The translations under genes and the position numbers were made by a program. This document shows positions 1 through 9,729 of a stretch of DNA of 64,000 bases, piece after piece. The DNA is taken from the sequence record OZ335958.1; one strand, 5' to 3'. Source of the DNA: a phage. Below the pieces are notes generated by a model. That model was not told the origin of the DNA and made no database searches. It saw nothing but the letters and a program-made list of their open reading frames with translations. Each line of letters begins with the position of its first letter. Position 1 is the stretch's first letter.

Positions 1-369
1 GGAACGAAGATGCCGCTGAGACTCTGCTAACCCTGAACGGTCAAATTCATCAATAACGATTACTTTTTGACGACCATCAAATGAAGCTGCGCTAGCAAAA
101 TTAGTCAAAGGACCACGAACGAAATCAATTTTACAATCTGACCCATTTACAAACATCATATCAGCATTTACATCATGACACAATGCTTTTGCTACAGTTG
201 TTTTACCTGTTCCTGGAGAAGGAGAATGAAGAATAATATGTGGAATCTTACCTTTACTTGTAATAGATTTAAAGGTTTCTTTATCAAAGGCGGGAAGAAT
301 ACATTCATCGATAGTAGATGGACGATATTTCTGTTCAAGAATGTGTTCTTTTTCATTTACAGTAATCAT
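1..369 (-). CDS. 44: Clamp loader large subunit gp44, N-terminal portion (gene continues beyond window start)
   Basis: Reverse-strand translation begins MITVNEKEHILEQKYRPSTIDEC and contains P-loop HSPSPGTGKTT; matches T4 gp44 as recalled; start codon at 367-369. Confidence 0.9.
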   Translation of the reverse strand, partial: MITVNEKEHILEQKYRPSTIDECILPAFDKETFKSITSKGKIPHIILHSPSPGTGKTTVAKALCHDVNADMMFVNGSDCKIDFVRGPLTNFASAASFDGRQKVIVIDEFDRSGLAESQRHLRS

Positions 370-402
370 AATTTCCTCATTCAAGTTTTAGTGTAAATTA
401 TA

Positions 403-420
403 AAGGGCCGAAGCCCTTTA
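403..420 (-). other. Intercistronic GC hairpin; minus-strand RNA reads GGGCUUCGGCCC (UUCG tetraloop)
   Basis: Perfect inverted repeat aaagggccgaagcccttt between genes 44 and 45. Confidence 0.45.
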
Positions 421-1107
421 TTAAAAATCGTGGGTAGAATCAGCTTCAAGAGCTACTACATAATTCGCATGTTCACCTTCAAATTTAGCAGCACCTTGTT
501 TACCTTTTGCCCAGAGCAGAAGTTTATAATTTCCTGGTTGCATTTTCATATTTGCCATATTGATAATGAAATTAAATGTATTTTCACCATCATAATCACC
601 AAGAGTCAAAGAATATTTAACACGGGTCAAAGCAGAATCTTCTACTTTGTTAAAACCGTTAATTACGATTTTACCTTCTTTTACTGTGATAGCAATTGTA
701 TCAATCTGCAGACCACGAGATACACGCAACAGCTGTTGAAGGTCTTCAGCTTTAATTTCGGTAACAACAGATGCTACCGGGAATGGAATTGGTTTATTAG
801 GAGCAACTACTGTACTTGGATCGGCTGCTGGCCAAAAAATTGTTGAACGAGCATCAGCAATTTTAATATTTCCATCTTCTGACTGGGAAATTTCTGCATC
901 GTCATTAACTAGGGACAGAATACCGAGAAAACCGTTCAAATCGTAAATTGCTACATCAAAATCAATAGTGTCAGAAATATTTGCTTCTGCATAAGTTGTA
1001 CCATTAACTGCGCGAGTCATAATAAATTGACCAGATTTAAGCATAATACCAGAGTTAATAGTAGCGAAATTTTTAAGCAGAGCAGTAGTATCTTTAGACA
1101 GTTTCAT
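421..1107 (-). CDS. 45: Sliding clamp gp45
   Basis: 228 aa ORF, MKLSKDTTALLKNFATINSGIMLKSGQFIMTRAVNGTTY; matches T4 gp45 length and sequence as recalled. Confidence 0.92.
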   Translation of the reverse strand: MKLSKDTTALLKNFATINSGIMLKSGQFIMTRAVNGTTYAEANISDTIDFDVAIYDLNGFLGILSLVNDDAEISQSEDGNIKIADARSTIFWPAADPSTVVAPNKPIPFPVASVVTEIKAEDLQQLLRVSRGLQIDTIAITVKEGKIVINGFNKVEDSALTRVKYSLTLGDYDGENTFNFIINMANMKMQPGNYKLLLWAKGKQGAAKFEGEHANYVVALEADSTHDF

Positions 1108-1162
1108 GTAATTTCCTTCAATTCAAATGAGATTTAATTTTATAACTAATTTAATAAAGCAA

Positions 1163-1552
1163 TTAACGATTAAAATCGGCAGCAATTGTTTCCGCAACAA
1201 TTTGAGCAGCGACAATTAGGCGTTCATCTGCATTACCACAATAATCATCTTCAAGACGTTCACCGCATGAAGTCATAATAAATTTAGCACCAGCATTTAA
1301 AGATTCTGTCGTATGTTTGCGCATTAGTTCAATCCATTTATTGCTTACTTCACGATCGATAGCTTCATAATACGCATGACGAGCAGGTGCAGATTTAATT
1401 TTATTCTGAATAACTTCCATCGCGTTATCAGAAAGAGACAAAACCCATGCTCGACGAATTTTATTTTGATTTTGTGGATTTGATTCAGAACGCACGTGTT
1501 TTGGCTGAATATCTTTTACATCAACAGTATAATTCACAGTAATTTTAGTCAT
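1163..1552 (-). CDS. rpbA: RNA polymerase-binding protein RpbA
   Basis: 129 aa ORF immediately downstream of gene 45, the position and size of T4 rpbA. Confidence 0.75.
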
Positions 1553-1561
1553 AATACACCT

Positions 1562-1750
1562 TTAGTCATAATAATCAGTAACAGTCCAAGCTTCATTTCT
1601 GTTGGACATTATTTTCGTATATTCTGCTTTAAATGCATTCTTAAGCATAGATTCAGTAACTATATGCTCTTCATTAGAAAAATTATTTCTCAGAATATAT
1701 CGTTTTATTTCAGGAATAGTTAATAGATGCTGTCCAGTTGAATATTCCAT
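1562..1750 (-). CDS. Hypothetical small protein (T4 45.2 position)
   Basis: 62 aa ORF on the operon strand between rpbA and gene 46. Confidence 0.55.
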   Translation of the reverse strand: MEYSTGQHLLTIPEIKRYILRNNFSNEEHIVTESMLKNAFKAEYTKIMSNRNEAWTVTDYYD

Positions 1751-1805
1751 GTTTTTCCTCCATAGAGATTATACTCTAATAAATTAAAGCATAATCTCTT
1801 ATAAA

Positions 1806-3488
1806 TTAAACCATTACAGTAAATCGACCAACTTTCTTCATTTGAAGATGCTGACCATATGCTTGTGGGTCGTGGTCTCTATGTGAAATAACAAAAACAT
1901 TAGTATTTTTTAAACTATCTAAAATAGTTGAAATAGCTTTTACACCTTCAACGTCTGTTGCTGAATCAAAAACTTCATCAAGAATTAACGTGTTTATTTT
2001 AACACCTGAAACTTTTTCAGCAATATCACGCCAAGTAAATAAAAGAGCAATATCAATTCGTGCTTTTTCGCCTTGACTGAATGAAGCATAACTAAAATCT
2101 TCACGACCACGGGATTTAATTGTCTCATTAAATTCTTCATCTAATGTAAACACATAATCCGCTTCCATTATTTTAAGATAATGATTAATCTGCTTATTAA
2201 ATAACGGAATGTACTTTTTAATAATAGCACCTTTAATACCAGAATCTTTGAGCATATCAGTCAAAATTCCTCTGTGGTATTTTTCCATTACTAAATTAGT
2301 TTTTGTCTTAACAATTTTATCAAGTTCTTCTTGAAGCAGTGCTATTTCATCAGCATGGTCAATAAACTCGGATGATGCTTTTTCTATAGCCGCTTTAACT
2401 TTTTTAGCTTTATCTACCGTCGTGATTAGAGATTGCTTTTTATTGCGAATATCATTCGCCAACGTCTGCTGGGTTTTAATATTATCTCGGTATTCATCAA
2501 CAAGAACTTTTAAATTATCACGATGTGTTGAAAGCTGTTCGAACGAATGTGTGCATTCAGAAACTTTATCTTTAATTTTAGAAACAACTTTATCACCGGA
2601 ACTTAATTGTGACAAACAGGTTGGACATAATCCACCTTCGTGATACATATTAATGACTTTATTATACGAGTCAATTTTTGATTTAATTAAAAATGCTTCT
2701 TGACCGATTTTATTAAATGCATCAGTCGGGTCTTCATCCAAAACAATATTAACTAATCTTTCATTAGCTTCTTCTATTTCCGATTTTAACGTTCTAGCTT
2801 CTTTTGCCAAATCATCATACATATTCTGCAGACGAGTAAGGTTATCACCAGTTAATTTTTTCTGGCGTTCAACGTTATCATTATATATTTTAATTTGCTG
2901 GATAATACTATCTTTTTTAACATCAAGCACTTGGTTTTGTGAATTTAATTCACGTATTAGTGCTTTATTAAGCTTATCCATTTCAGCTAATGTTCCTACC
3001 TCGAGTAGGTCTTCGACGAGTTTTCTTCTTGCAGGAGTGGATAAGCCCATAAAAGGGGTATATCCAGCCGTGCCGAGTACGACGATCTGTTTGAAACTGG
3101 CGTATGACATTCCGATAAGCTGTTCAAATTCTGCTTGGAAATCTTTACTGCTGGCAGATTCATTAAGACGTGTACCGTTAACGGTGATTTCGAAAACATT
3201 CGGTTTTTGTCCTCTTTTGATATAGTACTTTTTCTCATCATATTCCATCCACAGTTCAACTAAAAGTTCTTTCTTATTTGTGCTGTTTATTAATTGACCT
3301 TTCTTTACATCACGAAATGGCTTGCCAAAAAGCCCAAATGTGATGGCTTCTAACATAGTAGACTTACCACCGCCATTTCGTCCAGTAATAAGAGTTTTTT
3401 GAACCTTATCTAGTTGAATGTCAATAGGATTTCCACCTACTGACATTATATTTTGATACCTAACTCGGTTTAGTTTAAAATTCTTCAC
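1806..3488 (-). CDS. 46: Recombination endonuclease subunit gp46 (Rad50/SbcC-like ATPase)
   Basis: 560 aa ORF with Walker A GRNGGGKST, central coiled coil with CPTC zinc hook, C-terminal LILDEVFDSATD Walker B; matches T4 gp46. Confidence 0.92.
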   Translation of the reverse strand: MKNFKLNRVRYQNIMSVGGNPIDIQLDKVQKTLITGRNGGGKSTMLEAITFGLFGKPFRDVKKGQLINSTNKKELLVELWMEYDEKKYYIKRGQKPNVFEITVNGTRLNESASSKDFQAEFEQLIGMSYASFKQIVVLGTAGYTPFMGLSTPARRKLVEDLLEVGTLAEMDKLNKALIRELNSQNQVLDVKKDSIIQQIKIYNDNVERQKKLTGDNLTRLQNMYDDLAKEARTLKSEIEEANERLVNIVLDEDPTDAFNKIGQEAFLIKSKIDSYNKVINMYHEGGLCPTCLSQLSSGDKVVSKIKDKVSECTHSFEQLSTHRDNLKVLVDEYRDNIKTQQTLANDIRNKKQSLITTVDKAKKVKAAIEKASSEFIDHADEIALLQEELDKIVKTKTNLVMEKYHRGILTDMLKDSGIKGAIIKKYIPLFNKQINHYLKIMEADYVFTLDEEFNETIKSRGREDFSYASFSQGEKARIDIALLFTWRDIAEKVSGVKINTLILDEVFDSATDVEGVKAISTILDSLKNTNVFVISHRDHDPQAYGQHLQMKKVGRFTVMV

Positions 3489-3748
3489 AAAAGATTCCTT
3501 TTAATGTATCTTTTAGACCATTCTATCATATCATCATAATCTAAAAAGTATTCATCAAATTCAGCCATGCAAACAACACCTTGCGCTGCTTTTGATGTGA
3601 TATAAATTATTCCAACATATCTAGAATCTTCTTCGGTGTAATCAATATTTGCTATGAATTCATCGTTAATGTCAAATGTCGAAAACTTCACAGTATGCAT
3701 CCTTAATACAAGATACAGCCATATCTTGTAATGATTTAGGTGTGTCAT
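3485..3748 (-). CDS. Hypothetical protein (T4 46.1 position); true start may be the internal Met near 3700
   Basis: 87 aa ORF; overlaps the next ORF by 77 bp unless an internal start is used. Confidence 0.5.
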   Translation of the reverse strand: MTHLNHYKIWLYLVLRMHTVKFSTFDINDEFIANIDYTEEDSRYVGIIYITSKAAQGVVCMAEFDEYFLDYDDMIEWSKRYIKRNLL

Positions 3749-3935
3749 TATCTAAAATGTTGAAGTTAAAAGATACAGCCCAGTCAGTGCAGACCGTAAC
3801 CTTTTTAATACAATTATCTTCAACCTCTAGCGGTTCAAACCAATATTCAATAATTTCTTTATGCCCAATATCATCTTTTACTTCGCATTCAAAATGCTGA
3901 CTCATCATAACATTTTTAAATTCATCAAAAGTCAT
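3672..3935 (-). CDS. Hypothetical protein (T4 46.2 position)
   Basis: 87 aa ORF between genes 47 and 46 on the operon strand. Confidence 0.55.
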   Translation of the reverse strand: MTFDEFKNVMMSQHFECEVKDDIGHKEIIEYWFEPLEVEDNCIKKVTVCTDWAVSFNFNILDNDTPKSLQDMAVSCIKDAYCEVFDI

Positions 3936-4951
3936 TGTGTTGCCTCTACATATAACTGATTTGCATATTGAATAAGTGCTTCGCGGTCAGAATCAGTGAT
4001 GTCTGGAATTGCATTAATGTATTCTTCCATCAACGTCTGAAGAGATTGAACTTCAACTTCTTCACTATCATCTGACTCGACAGAGTTATCAATCTTTGAC
4101 ACAACTCGTAATGAATGCACAACTTTTTCTAGTTCAGATTCGAACTTCGTTAGATTTTTGTCTACTTCAGTTACTATAACACGTACTGATAGATTTGTAA
4201 AATCTTTATAGTCAATTTTTCCCTTAAATGGATATTGAATTCGACGATGCCAGGTGGTGTTGTTTGGAATAAATTCCATTCGTTCTGTTTCTGTATCAAA
4301 CATCCAGAACCCGCGAGGGTCATTCTCGTCACCTGCAGTTAGTGTCCATGGTGTCCCAATATATCTGACGTTAGCAGCCTCAGAGATAGTATGGAAGTGA
4401 CCAGACCACACCTCTTTATAAGTCTTAAGGAAATCAGGTTCAAGACCGTGAGATTTCATTCCTTTATAAAAATAAAATCCATTCAGTTCCCAGTGACCAA
4501 CACAAAAAGAAGCAGATGAAGTTTTGATGTGTTCAAGAATTTCACCAGTATTTTCTTCGCACATCCAAGGAATTAAATCAATCAAACATCCGTCAAAATC
4601 TACTGTAGTAGGCTTATCATATACTTTAACATTAGGATATTTAGCCAAAAGCTCAGTAGAAGCATTTGGAGTTAAAGTATTTTTAAAGTGCATATCATGG
4701 TTTCCTACAACAGTATGTAGGGTAATACCAGCATCATCAAGCATTTGAACTATTTCACGAGCGAACTCCATAGTTTTATGTGTGATTGCTTTTCGCACAT
4801 CAAAAATATCGCCGTATTGAATCCATGTAGTAATTCCGTTTTTCTTAGAATATTCTATTGCTTGTTTAATTCCATCCAACTGAATGGATTGAACCCACTC
4901 ATCATCAGCTTTAACACCTAAATGCCAATCACCTAAATTTAAAATTTTCAT
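3932..4951 (-). CDS. 47: Recombination endonuclease subunit gp47 (Mre11/SbcD-like phosphoesterase)
   Basis: 339 aa ORF MKILNLGDWHLG...GNHDMH calcineurin-like phosphoesterase motifs; matches T4 gp47. Confidence 0.92.
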   Translation of the reverse strand: MKILNLGDWHLGVKADDEWVQSIQLDGIKQAIEYSKKNGITTWIQYGDIFDVRKAITHKTMEFAREIVQMLDDAGITLHTVVGNHDMHFKNTLTPNASTELLAKYPNVKVYDKPTTVDFDGCLIDLIPWMCEENTGEILEHIKTSSASFCVGHWELNGFYFYKGMKSHGLEPDFLKTYKEVWSGHFHTISEAANVRYIGTPWTLTAGDENDPRGFWMFDTETERMEFIPNNTTWHRRIQYPFKGKIDYKDFTNLSVRVIVTEVDKNLTKFESELEKVVHSLRVVSKIDNSVESDDSEEVEVQSLQTLMEEYINAIPDITDSDREALIQYANQLYVEATQ

Positions 4952-5111
4952 ATATCAAGAACCGTCATTGAAATGCAAAATAAAATTATTGAAATAAATC
5001 CATCTGGAGTGCTAAAGAACCCAATCCAACATGCTCTAGTGAATAGATAAAATGCGAGAAAAAGTATCACATATCCAAGAAATATCATTATATCAAACTC
5101 CGTATAAAGCT

Positions 5112-5129
5112 AAAGGGCCGAAGCCCTTT
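5112..5129 (-). terminator. GC hairpin (GGGCUUCGGCCC on minus-strand RNA) followed by U-rich tract; overlaps the a-gt stop codon
   Basis: taaagggccgaagcccttta palindrome with A-run on the plus strand upstream (U-run on minus-strand RNA). Confidence 0.5.
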
Positions 5130-6330
5130 ATTTTGTAATAATGTCAAACTGTTCTTTAAAGCAGAAGCTTGAATCTTGATGCTGATACAAAAATTCATAA
5201 GCTTTTTCGCGTTCACGGTCATAAAGAGCTCGGTCAGATGACAGTTCTTTAATACGTTCAAATGTTGATTCCATGTCATTTTCATCAAACCAAACGATAC
5301 CGCTATCATGTGAAATTAACGGAGTATTATCAACACGGAATTTTAAATTTTCACCAGTAGATTTCCAAAATACTGGAATTGTTCCACATGCACCAAGCTC
5401 GAGATGAGTATATTCTAAAGAACGCTGTAGATATTTTTTGTCCAACTTACTCAGCTGATAACCAAATCCGGATTTACTCATGCGTTCAAGCATTTCGCTA
5501 TTTACATAACGGTCAAGAATTTGCGTTGGCAAATTAGGAGCAATTTTAATTTGGTCTACTTGATGAAGACGATAATACTCATATGGAATTCCTTTTTCTT
5601 TAATAGGAATGAACGCTGGAGAACGTTCCAGACCTTCCATAATAGTACTTAGCCCAGCAGGTTTAAGATGTTTTTCGTGAAAATCAAACATCTGATAAAA
5701 ACCTTTCCATGTAGTCGTACGACCAATCCAACGGTTGACATTCATGTTAATTTCAGAAACATCTTTCCAGTAGGTTGATCGAACCTTAGCAATATCCATA
5801 GGAGGCTGAAAGTTGTATACAGTCGGTGCTTCTTCAATATCGTCAAACAGTGAAACAGTTTCTGGATACCATTCTTTCATCAGAACTTTATTAAAATCAC
5901 CATTATCAGAATGACTAAAAATAACATCAGCTCGGCGAACAGTTTCTTCTAATCCCAAATTTCGGCGCAAAGAAAGAGAAGAATGGTCATGTTGATAAAC
6001 TACAACACGAACCGAAGGTTTAATGTTATCAATAATTTTTTTATAGTTATTAATAGTGTCTTCTTCGACTGAAGTAGCAGGAACTGAATTGATAATTAGA
6101 ATATCACAATCATTTACCAGCTTAAGTGTTTTATCGTATTCTTTTGCCAATAAAACCGGAATTGAAAATGATTTATAATCATGCGCGCAATTACGGGTAA
6201 ATGATTTATCTTTAGCATAAACCAAAGTTACTTCATGACCATTTTTAATAAACCAATCACGTTGCTCAAGAGAAAATTTAGTTACGCCACAACCTTCAAG
6301 ACCTCGAGCCATAAAAATGCATACTTTCAT
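5128..6330 (-). CDS. a-gt: DNA alpha-glucosyltransferase (glucosylates hydroxymethylcytosine)
   Basis: 400 aa ORF MKVCIFMARGLEGCGVTKFSLEQRDWFIKNGHEVTLVYAKDKSF; matches T4 AGT as recalled. Confidence 0.88.
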   Translation of the reverse strand: MKVCIFMARGLEGCGVTKFSLEQRDWFIKNGHEVTLVYAKDKSFTRNCAHDYKSFSIPVLLAKEYDKTLKLVNDCDILIINSVPATSVEEDTINNYKKIIDNIKPSVRVVVYQHDHSSLSLRRNLGLEETVRRADVIFSHSDNGDFNKVLMKEWYPETVSLFDDIEEAPTVYNFQPPMDIAKVRSTYWKDVSEINMNVNRWIGRTTTWKGFYQMFDFHEKHLKPAGLSTIMEGLERSPAFIPIKEKGIPYEYYRLHQVDQIKIAPNLPTQILDRYVNSEMLERMSKSGFGYQLSKLDKKYLQRSLEYTHLELGACGTIPVFWKSTGENLKFRVDNTPLISHDSGIVWFDENDMESTFERIKELSSDRALYDREREKAYEFLYQHQDSSFCFKEQFDIITK

Positions 6331-6382
6331 TTAATATCCTCATTGTTTTGGTTTATTTTACCAAAAATTTATAAAGCAATAT

Positions 6383-6399
6383 AGGAGCCGAAGCTCCTA
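6383..6399 (-). other. Intercistronic GC hairpin (GGAGCUUCGGCUCC on minus-strand RNA)
   Basis: aggagccgaagctcct inverted repeat upstream of a-gt. Confidence 0.4.
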
Positions 6400-6570
6400 T
6401 CCGCATAATACACCATACAGAGGCTCATTAGAGCTTCTAAATTTTATGCGTTTATGTGTTATAGTTCCTGCTTTAGCTTTATCATGAGACTCTTTAAAGC
6501 GTCTCATCATTTCTACTTTAGAGGAACGAATTTTATTATAATCTATTTCACAAGTCTGGGCGTTCATCTT

Positions 6571-6777
6571 TCACAGTTGCCACCATTTTTTGACTTGATA
6601 GGAATCAACCCACACTTTCATATTAGGGTCTGCTCTTACAATAGGAGGATTAACTTCTTTAATTGAACTATCGTGGTATTCTTTTTCAGAAATTTTCACA
6701 CAAAGATGACCATTCAAAGATTCAGTAAATCCTGCATTAATTTTAAGACGCTTGAATTTTACGTGTGTAAGCATCAA
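6571..6777 (-). CDS. Hypothetical small protein
   Basis: 68 aa ORF on the operon strand; start position uncertain (35-bp overlap with upstream ORF). Confidence 0.4.
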   Translation of the reverse strand: MMLTHVKFKRLKINAGFTESLNGHLCVKISEKEYHDSSIKEVNPPIVRADPNMKVWVDSYQVKKWWQL

Positions 6778-7060
6778 TCATATCCTCAATCTGCGATCTA
6801 GTAGTCTTCCAAAGAATACTAATGAGTTCATCGTTATATGGCTGTTTTAGAATATCCCGACTTTTCTTGATAGCATATTCGTATTGAGCAAAATTATTGT
6901 TTTCAGCTGCAATCTGAGCGTGCTTATAAAGACGGTTCAGTTCGCGTTTGTTTTTAGACAATAACTTATTTGCTTTTCTTTCTGCTTCAAGACGGTTCTT
7001 TTCTTCAAGAGAAGAAATAAGCTTTTCCACTTCATCATTAATTTCGGGTTTATCAGTCAT
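6743..7060 (-). CDS. Hypothetical protein, charged/helical
   Basis: 105 aa ORF tightly packed after gene 55. Confidence 0.5.
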   Translation of the reverse strand: MTDKPEINDEVEKLISSLEEKNRLEAERKANKLLSKNKRELNRLYKHAQIAAENNNFAQYEYAIKKSRDILKQPYNDELISILWKTTRSQIEDMIDAYTRKIQAS

Positions 7061-7061
7061 A

Positions 7062-7280
7062 TTATTTCTCTAATATAAAATAAAAATCATCATCTGTTAA
7101 ATGATACCGATAATTTAATTCTACACCGTTAGATTTAAAAGCGGTATCATACGGATTTTCTGGATCAATATCAATGTCAAGAGCTAAAACTTCCCTGAGA
7201 TACATTTTAAGTAAATAGGGAATAGCTTCAACTTCAGGTATTTCTTCCAAGAATCCGGAGAGGTTAATCGTTAGCCTCAT
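7062..7280 (-). CDS. Hypothetical small protein
   Basis: 72 aa ORF, 1-nt spacing from neighbour. Confidence 0.5.
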
Positions 7281-7827
7281 ATAAAAAATCCAAACTAGGA
7301 GAATCGTCTACAACACTTTTCTTTTCAGCCCCCGGTGTTCTATAGGTTGATTCTTCGTAATGCGTCATTTTATCGTAGATGTCTTGAATAAAAGTTTCAT
7401 CTACTAACGCAACCATATCGTCGTCACGACTGTCATAGACATTGTGAACGAAGTAACTATATTTCTTTGCAACTTCCTTACGTTCTTTTTTAATACGTTG
7501 GACGAATGCATTAAAACAAGCTTGAGTTATATATGCATGTGGGTTTTTATATTTCGTTTCATCAAAATTATGAAGCCCCTTAATAGAAGCTTCTATACCA
7601 TCTGCAATCATTTCTTGTTTCCAAGATTGGGTGTATCCTGAAAAGTTGAAACGTTTAGATAAGCCTTCTGCGATAAGCATAATGGCTAATCCGATAGTAT
7701 CATTCTGACGAACTACTTTATTTGGGTCTTTATTATTTGCTAATTCTGTTTTCCAATCAATAATAGCTTGTAAAAGCTCTTTATTGTTTACGTAATTATA
7801 TTTAGGCTTAGTTTCTGACATTTTCAC
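7264..7827 (-). CDS. 55: Late-transcription sigma factor gp55
   Basis: 187 aa [33 protein letters not shown]; matches T4 gp55. Confidence 0.9.
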
Positions 7828-7899
7828 CTCTTAGCTCAATTCATAGATCTATTATATCATAATATTTGAAGATCTATCTTAAAGCATAGAGGGTATCAG

Positions 7900-8169
7900 T
7901 TATCTAAGTAAGCAGTATGCTTGGAATACTTTCTCCATCATCTTTTTAAATTCATGAATATCTATATAATGACTAGTTAAATCAGCATGATATAAAAAGT
8001 CTAAAAACTTTTCATGTGTGCTAACATATTCACTTTCATTTAATTCAGAAACATGGCTTTCCCAATATCCAACACCAGTCTTATTTGGGAAAAATGAAAT
8101 TTTCATATATTGGTCAACATAGAAAATTCCATAATTTTCAATAGTAATAGAAATATTAATAAATTTCAT
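7900..8169 (-). CDS. Hypothetical protein
   Basis: 89 aa ORF on the operon strand. Confidence 0.5.
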   Translation of the reverse strand: MKFINISITIENYGIFYVDQYMKISFFPNKTGVGYWESHVSELNESEYVSTHEKFLDFLYHADLTSHYIDIHEFKKMMEKVFQAYCLLR

Positions 8170-8387
8170 ACATTCATCAACTTAGCCGCTTCAAGAGCTG
8201 CATCTAACGAATCAAACTGGTCAACGTATTCAATCAATTCGCCATAATTAGCATATAACCACCATTGACTAAATTCATACTCAAGGATGAATCCATTTCC
8301 TTCAATTTGAGTTAAACCAATGCCGTTTGTATTTACTTCATATCCGGCAAGACGCAAATCGTTAATAAGAGCTTCGTTCATATTCAT
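8166..8387 (-). CDS. Hypothetical protein
   Basis: 73 aa ORF with 4-nt overlap to neighbours (translational coupling). Confidence 0.5.
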   Translation of the reverse strand: MNMNEALINDLRLAGYEVNTNGIGLTQIEGNGFILEYEFSQWWLYANYGELIEYVDQFDSLDAALEAAKLMNV

Positions 8388-8710
8388 ACCTTAGCAATTT
8401 TCAGGTCAGCAAATTTTTTCTTGCGTTGATTTTTCATACGACGAATAGTTTTATCAGAAATTTCATGCTTTTGATAAGCTTTAGATTCTACACCAAAAGC
8501 TTTAACATCAAATTCTGACAAGATATATTGAACCAACAATTCACGGACAGTATTGCGTCCAATTTTCTGATCATTCTGTTTCATCGTCTGATGAAGCTCT
8601 TTTTCCCATTTATCCAAAATTTGAGGAGTTACAATATCGCCTTTTTCTAGCAAAGAAACTACTTTATCATATGCGTAAGAATTGATGGCGTTTTTAATTT
8701 GAATAGTCAT
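8384..8710 (-). CDS. Hypothetical protein, basic C-terminus
   Basis: 108 aa ORF. Confidence 0.5.
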   Translation of the reverse strand: MTIQIKNAINSYAYDKVVSLLEKGDIVTPQILDKWEKELHQTMKQNDQKIGRNTVRELLVQYILSEFDVKAFGVESKAYQKHEISDKTIRRMKNQRKKKFADLKIAKV

Positions 8711-8747
8711 ACATTATCCTCAATTACATTAAAATTTTATTATCCAA

Positions 8748-8765
8748 AAAGGGCCGAAGCCCTTA
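8748..8765 (-). other. Intercistronic GC hairpin (GGGCUUCGGCCC on minus-strand RNA)
   Basis: aaagggccgaagccctt inverted repeat. Confidence 0.4.
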
Positions 8766-8963
8766 GCTAAACTTTTTGGCACCCTTCCAGCCTTCGTACA
8801 TCATTGCGACTGACAATGACAAAGCTCCTTCACATGCTGTATACTTATTATTCCAGAACCAATTTAGAAAAACTTCATCCTCAATACCATTATGTTTCAT
8901 GTTCTGGAAAAATTTGGCACGTTCTTCAGCAATTCGTTGCGATAATTTAGATTCAGGATTCAT
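8763..8963 (-). CDS. Hypothetical small protein
   Basis: 66 aa ORF. Confidence 0.45.
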   Translation of the reverse strand: MNPESKLSQRIAEERAKFFQNMKHNGIEDEVFLNWFWNNKYTACEGALSLSVAMMYEGWKGAKKFS

Positions 8964-9179
8964 TTAAATTTTCCAGTTACCATTTTCATCAATAAATTTA
9001 ATCCAGTCATTTACTGACCACTTGATCGTATCGCCCTTTGGAGCAACATTTAAAGTGTATAATCCTTGTTTAAAAAGCATGCGTTTGATATTCATATTTT
9101 CCTCAGCTGTAACGATAGCACTCGTTTGATTTACGCTTAGCAACTCGTTGAGAAGTATTGTAATCAAAATCATCGTCAA
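8964..9179 (-). CDS. Hypothetical small protein (start probably the internal Met near 9095)
   Basis: 71 aa ORF; N-terminal part overlaps the upstream ORF. Confidence 0.4.
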   Translation of the reverse strand: MTMILITILLNELLSVNQTSAIVTAEENMNIKRMLFKQGLYTLNVAPKGDTIKWSVNDWIKFIDENGNWKI

Positions 9180-9396
9180 TGTAAACTGATTTTTTCAACT
9201 TTCTTACTTCACCGCGTAATTGGCGATTTAGCTCATCTTTAACTTCTGAATCAATGCCTTTCATTCTACGCCATTTATCAGAGCGAAAAATGTTTTCAAC
9301 CATATCTTTATGACTTACACCATCAGGAGCTTTACGCTTTCCGAAATAGTCATAATCACGAACTTTCAAGTCTTTACGACGATACGTTTTACCCAT
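9103..9396 (-). CDS. Hypothetical basic protein (start taken at internal Met)
   Basis: ORF 9103-9441 with Met 16 giving a non-overlapping start. Confidence 0.45.
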   Translation of the reverse strand: MGKTYRRKDLKVRDYDYFGKRKAPDGVSHKDMVENIFRSDKWRRMKGIDSEVKDELNRQLRGEVRKLKKSVYIDDDFDYNTSQRVAKRKSNECYRYS

Positions 9397-9571
9397 GGAG
9401 TTTAATTTCCTTAGCAACTGAACTAAATACAGCACGGTCACAAATCATCTGTTTATGTAACTTGAGTATAAGATAATAAACTTCAAAACCGTTTACATAA
9501 GTAACACGAACAACATTACCATTAATAAAATAATATTGTCCCTTTTTAATTTCTTTATCAACCACAACCAT
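9389..9571 (-). CDS. Hypothetical small protein
   Basis: 60 aa ORF preceded by an early-promoter-like motif at 9601-9631. Confidence 0.4.
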   Translation of the reverse strand: MVVVDKEIKKGQYYFINGNVVRVTYVNGFEVYYLILKLHKQMICDRAVFSSVAKEIKLHG

Positions 9572-9600
9572 ATCAAATCCTCAAAGGCAATTCATATGTT

Positions 9601-9631
9601 AATAATACCACAGTTTGAACTTCTTGTAAAC
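9601..9631 (-). promoter_or_regulatory. T4-type early promoter candidate (-35 GTTTAC with upstream TTTGTGAAA-like element)
   Basis: Plus-strand aataataccacag...cttgtaaac is the reverse complement of GTTTAC(17)-10-like; shared motif with other intergenic sites. Confidence 0.4.
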
Positions 9632-9729
9632 AACTTTATGAAAATTATTTTAGGGAACGATAAGAAGGGAACGATAGCTTAGAATGGTAATATACAGAAT
9701 GTGAGAAAGAAAGGCCCAGAGGGCCCGTC

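Noticed and set aside
430-846. Plus-strand 138 aa ORF inside gene 45
   Set aside because: Lies entirely antisense within the well-supported gp45 coding region; low-complexity translation; no start context.
2422-3225. Short plus-strand ORFs (2422-2643, 3037-3225) and minus-strand 2996-3259 inside gene 46
   Set aside because: Overlap gene 46 in alternative frames or antisense; AT-rich frames commonly give such spurious ORFs.
5088-5309. 73 aa minus-strand ORF overlapping the 3' end of a-gt
   Set aside because: Different frame of the a-gt coding region and spans the terminator hairpin; no independent support.
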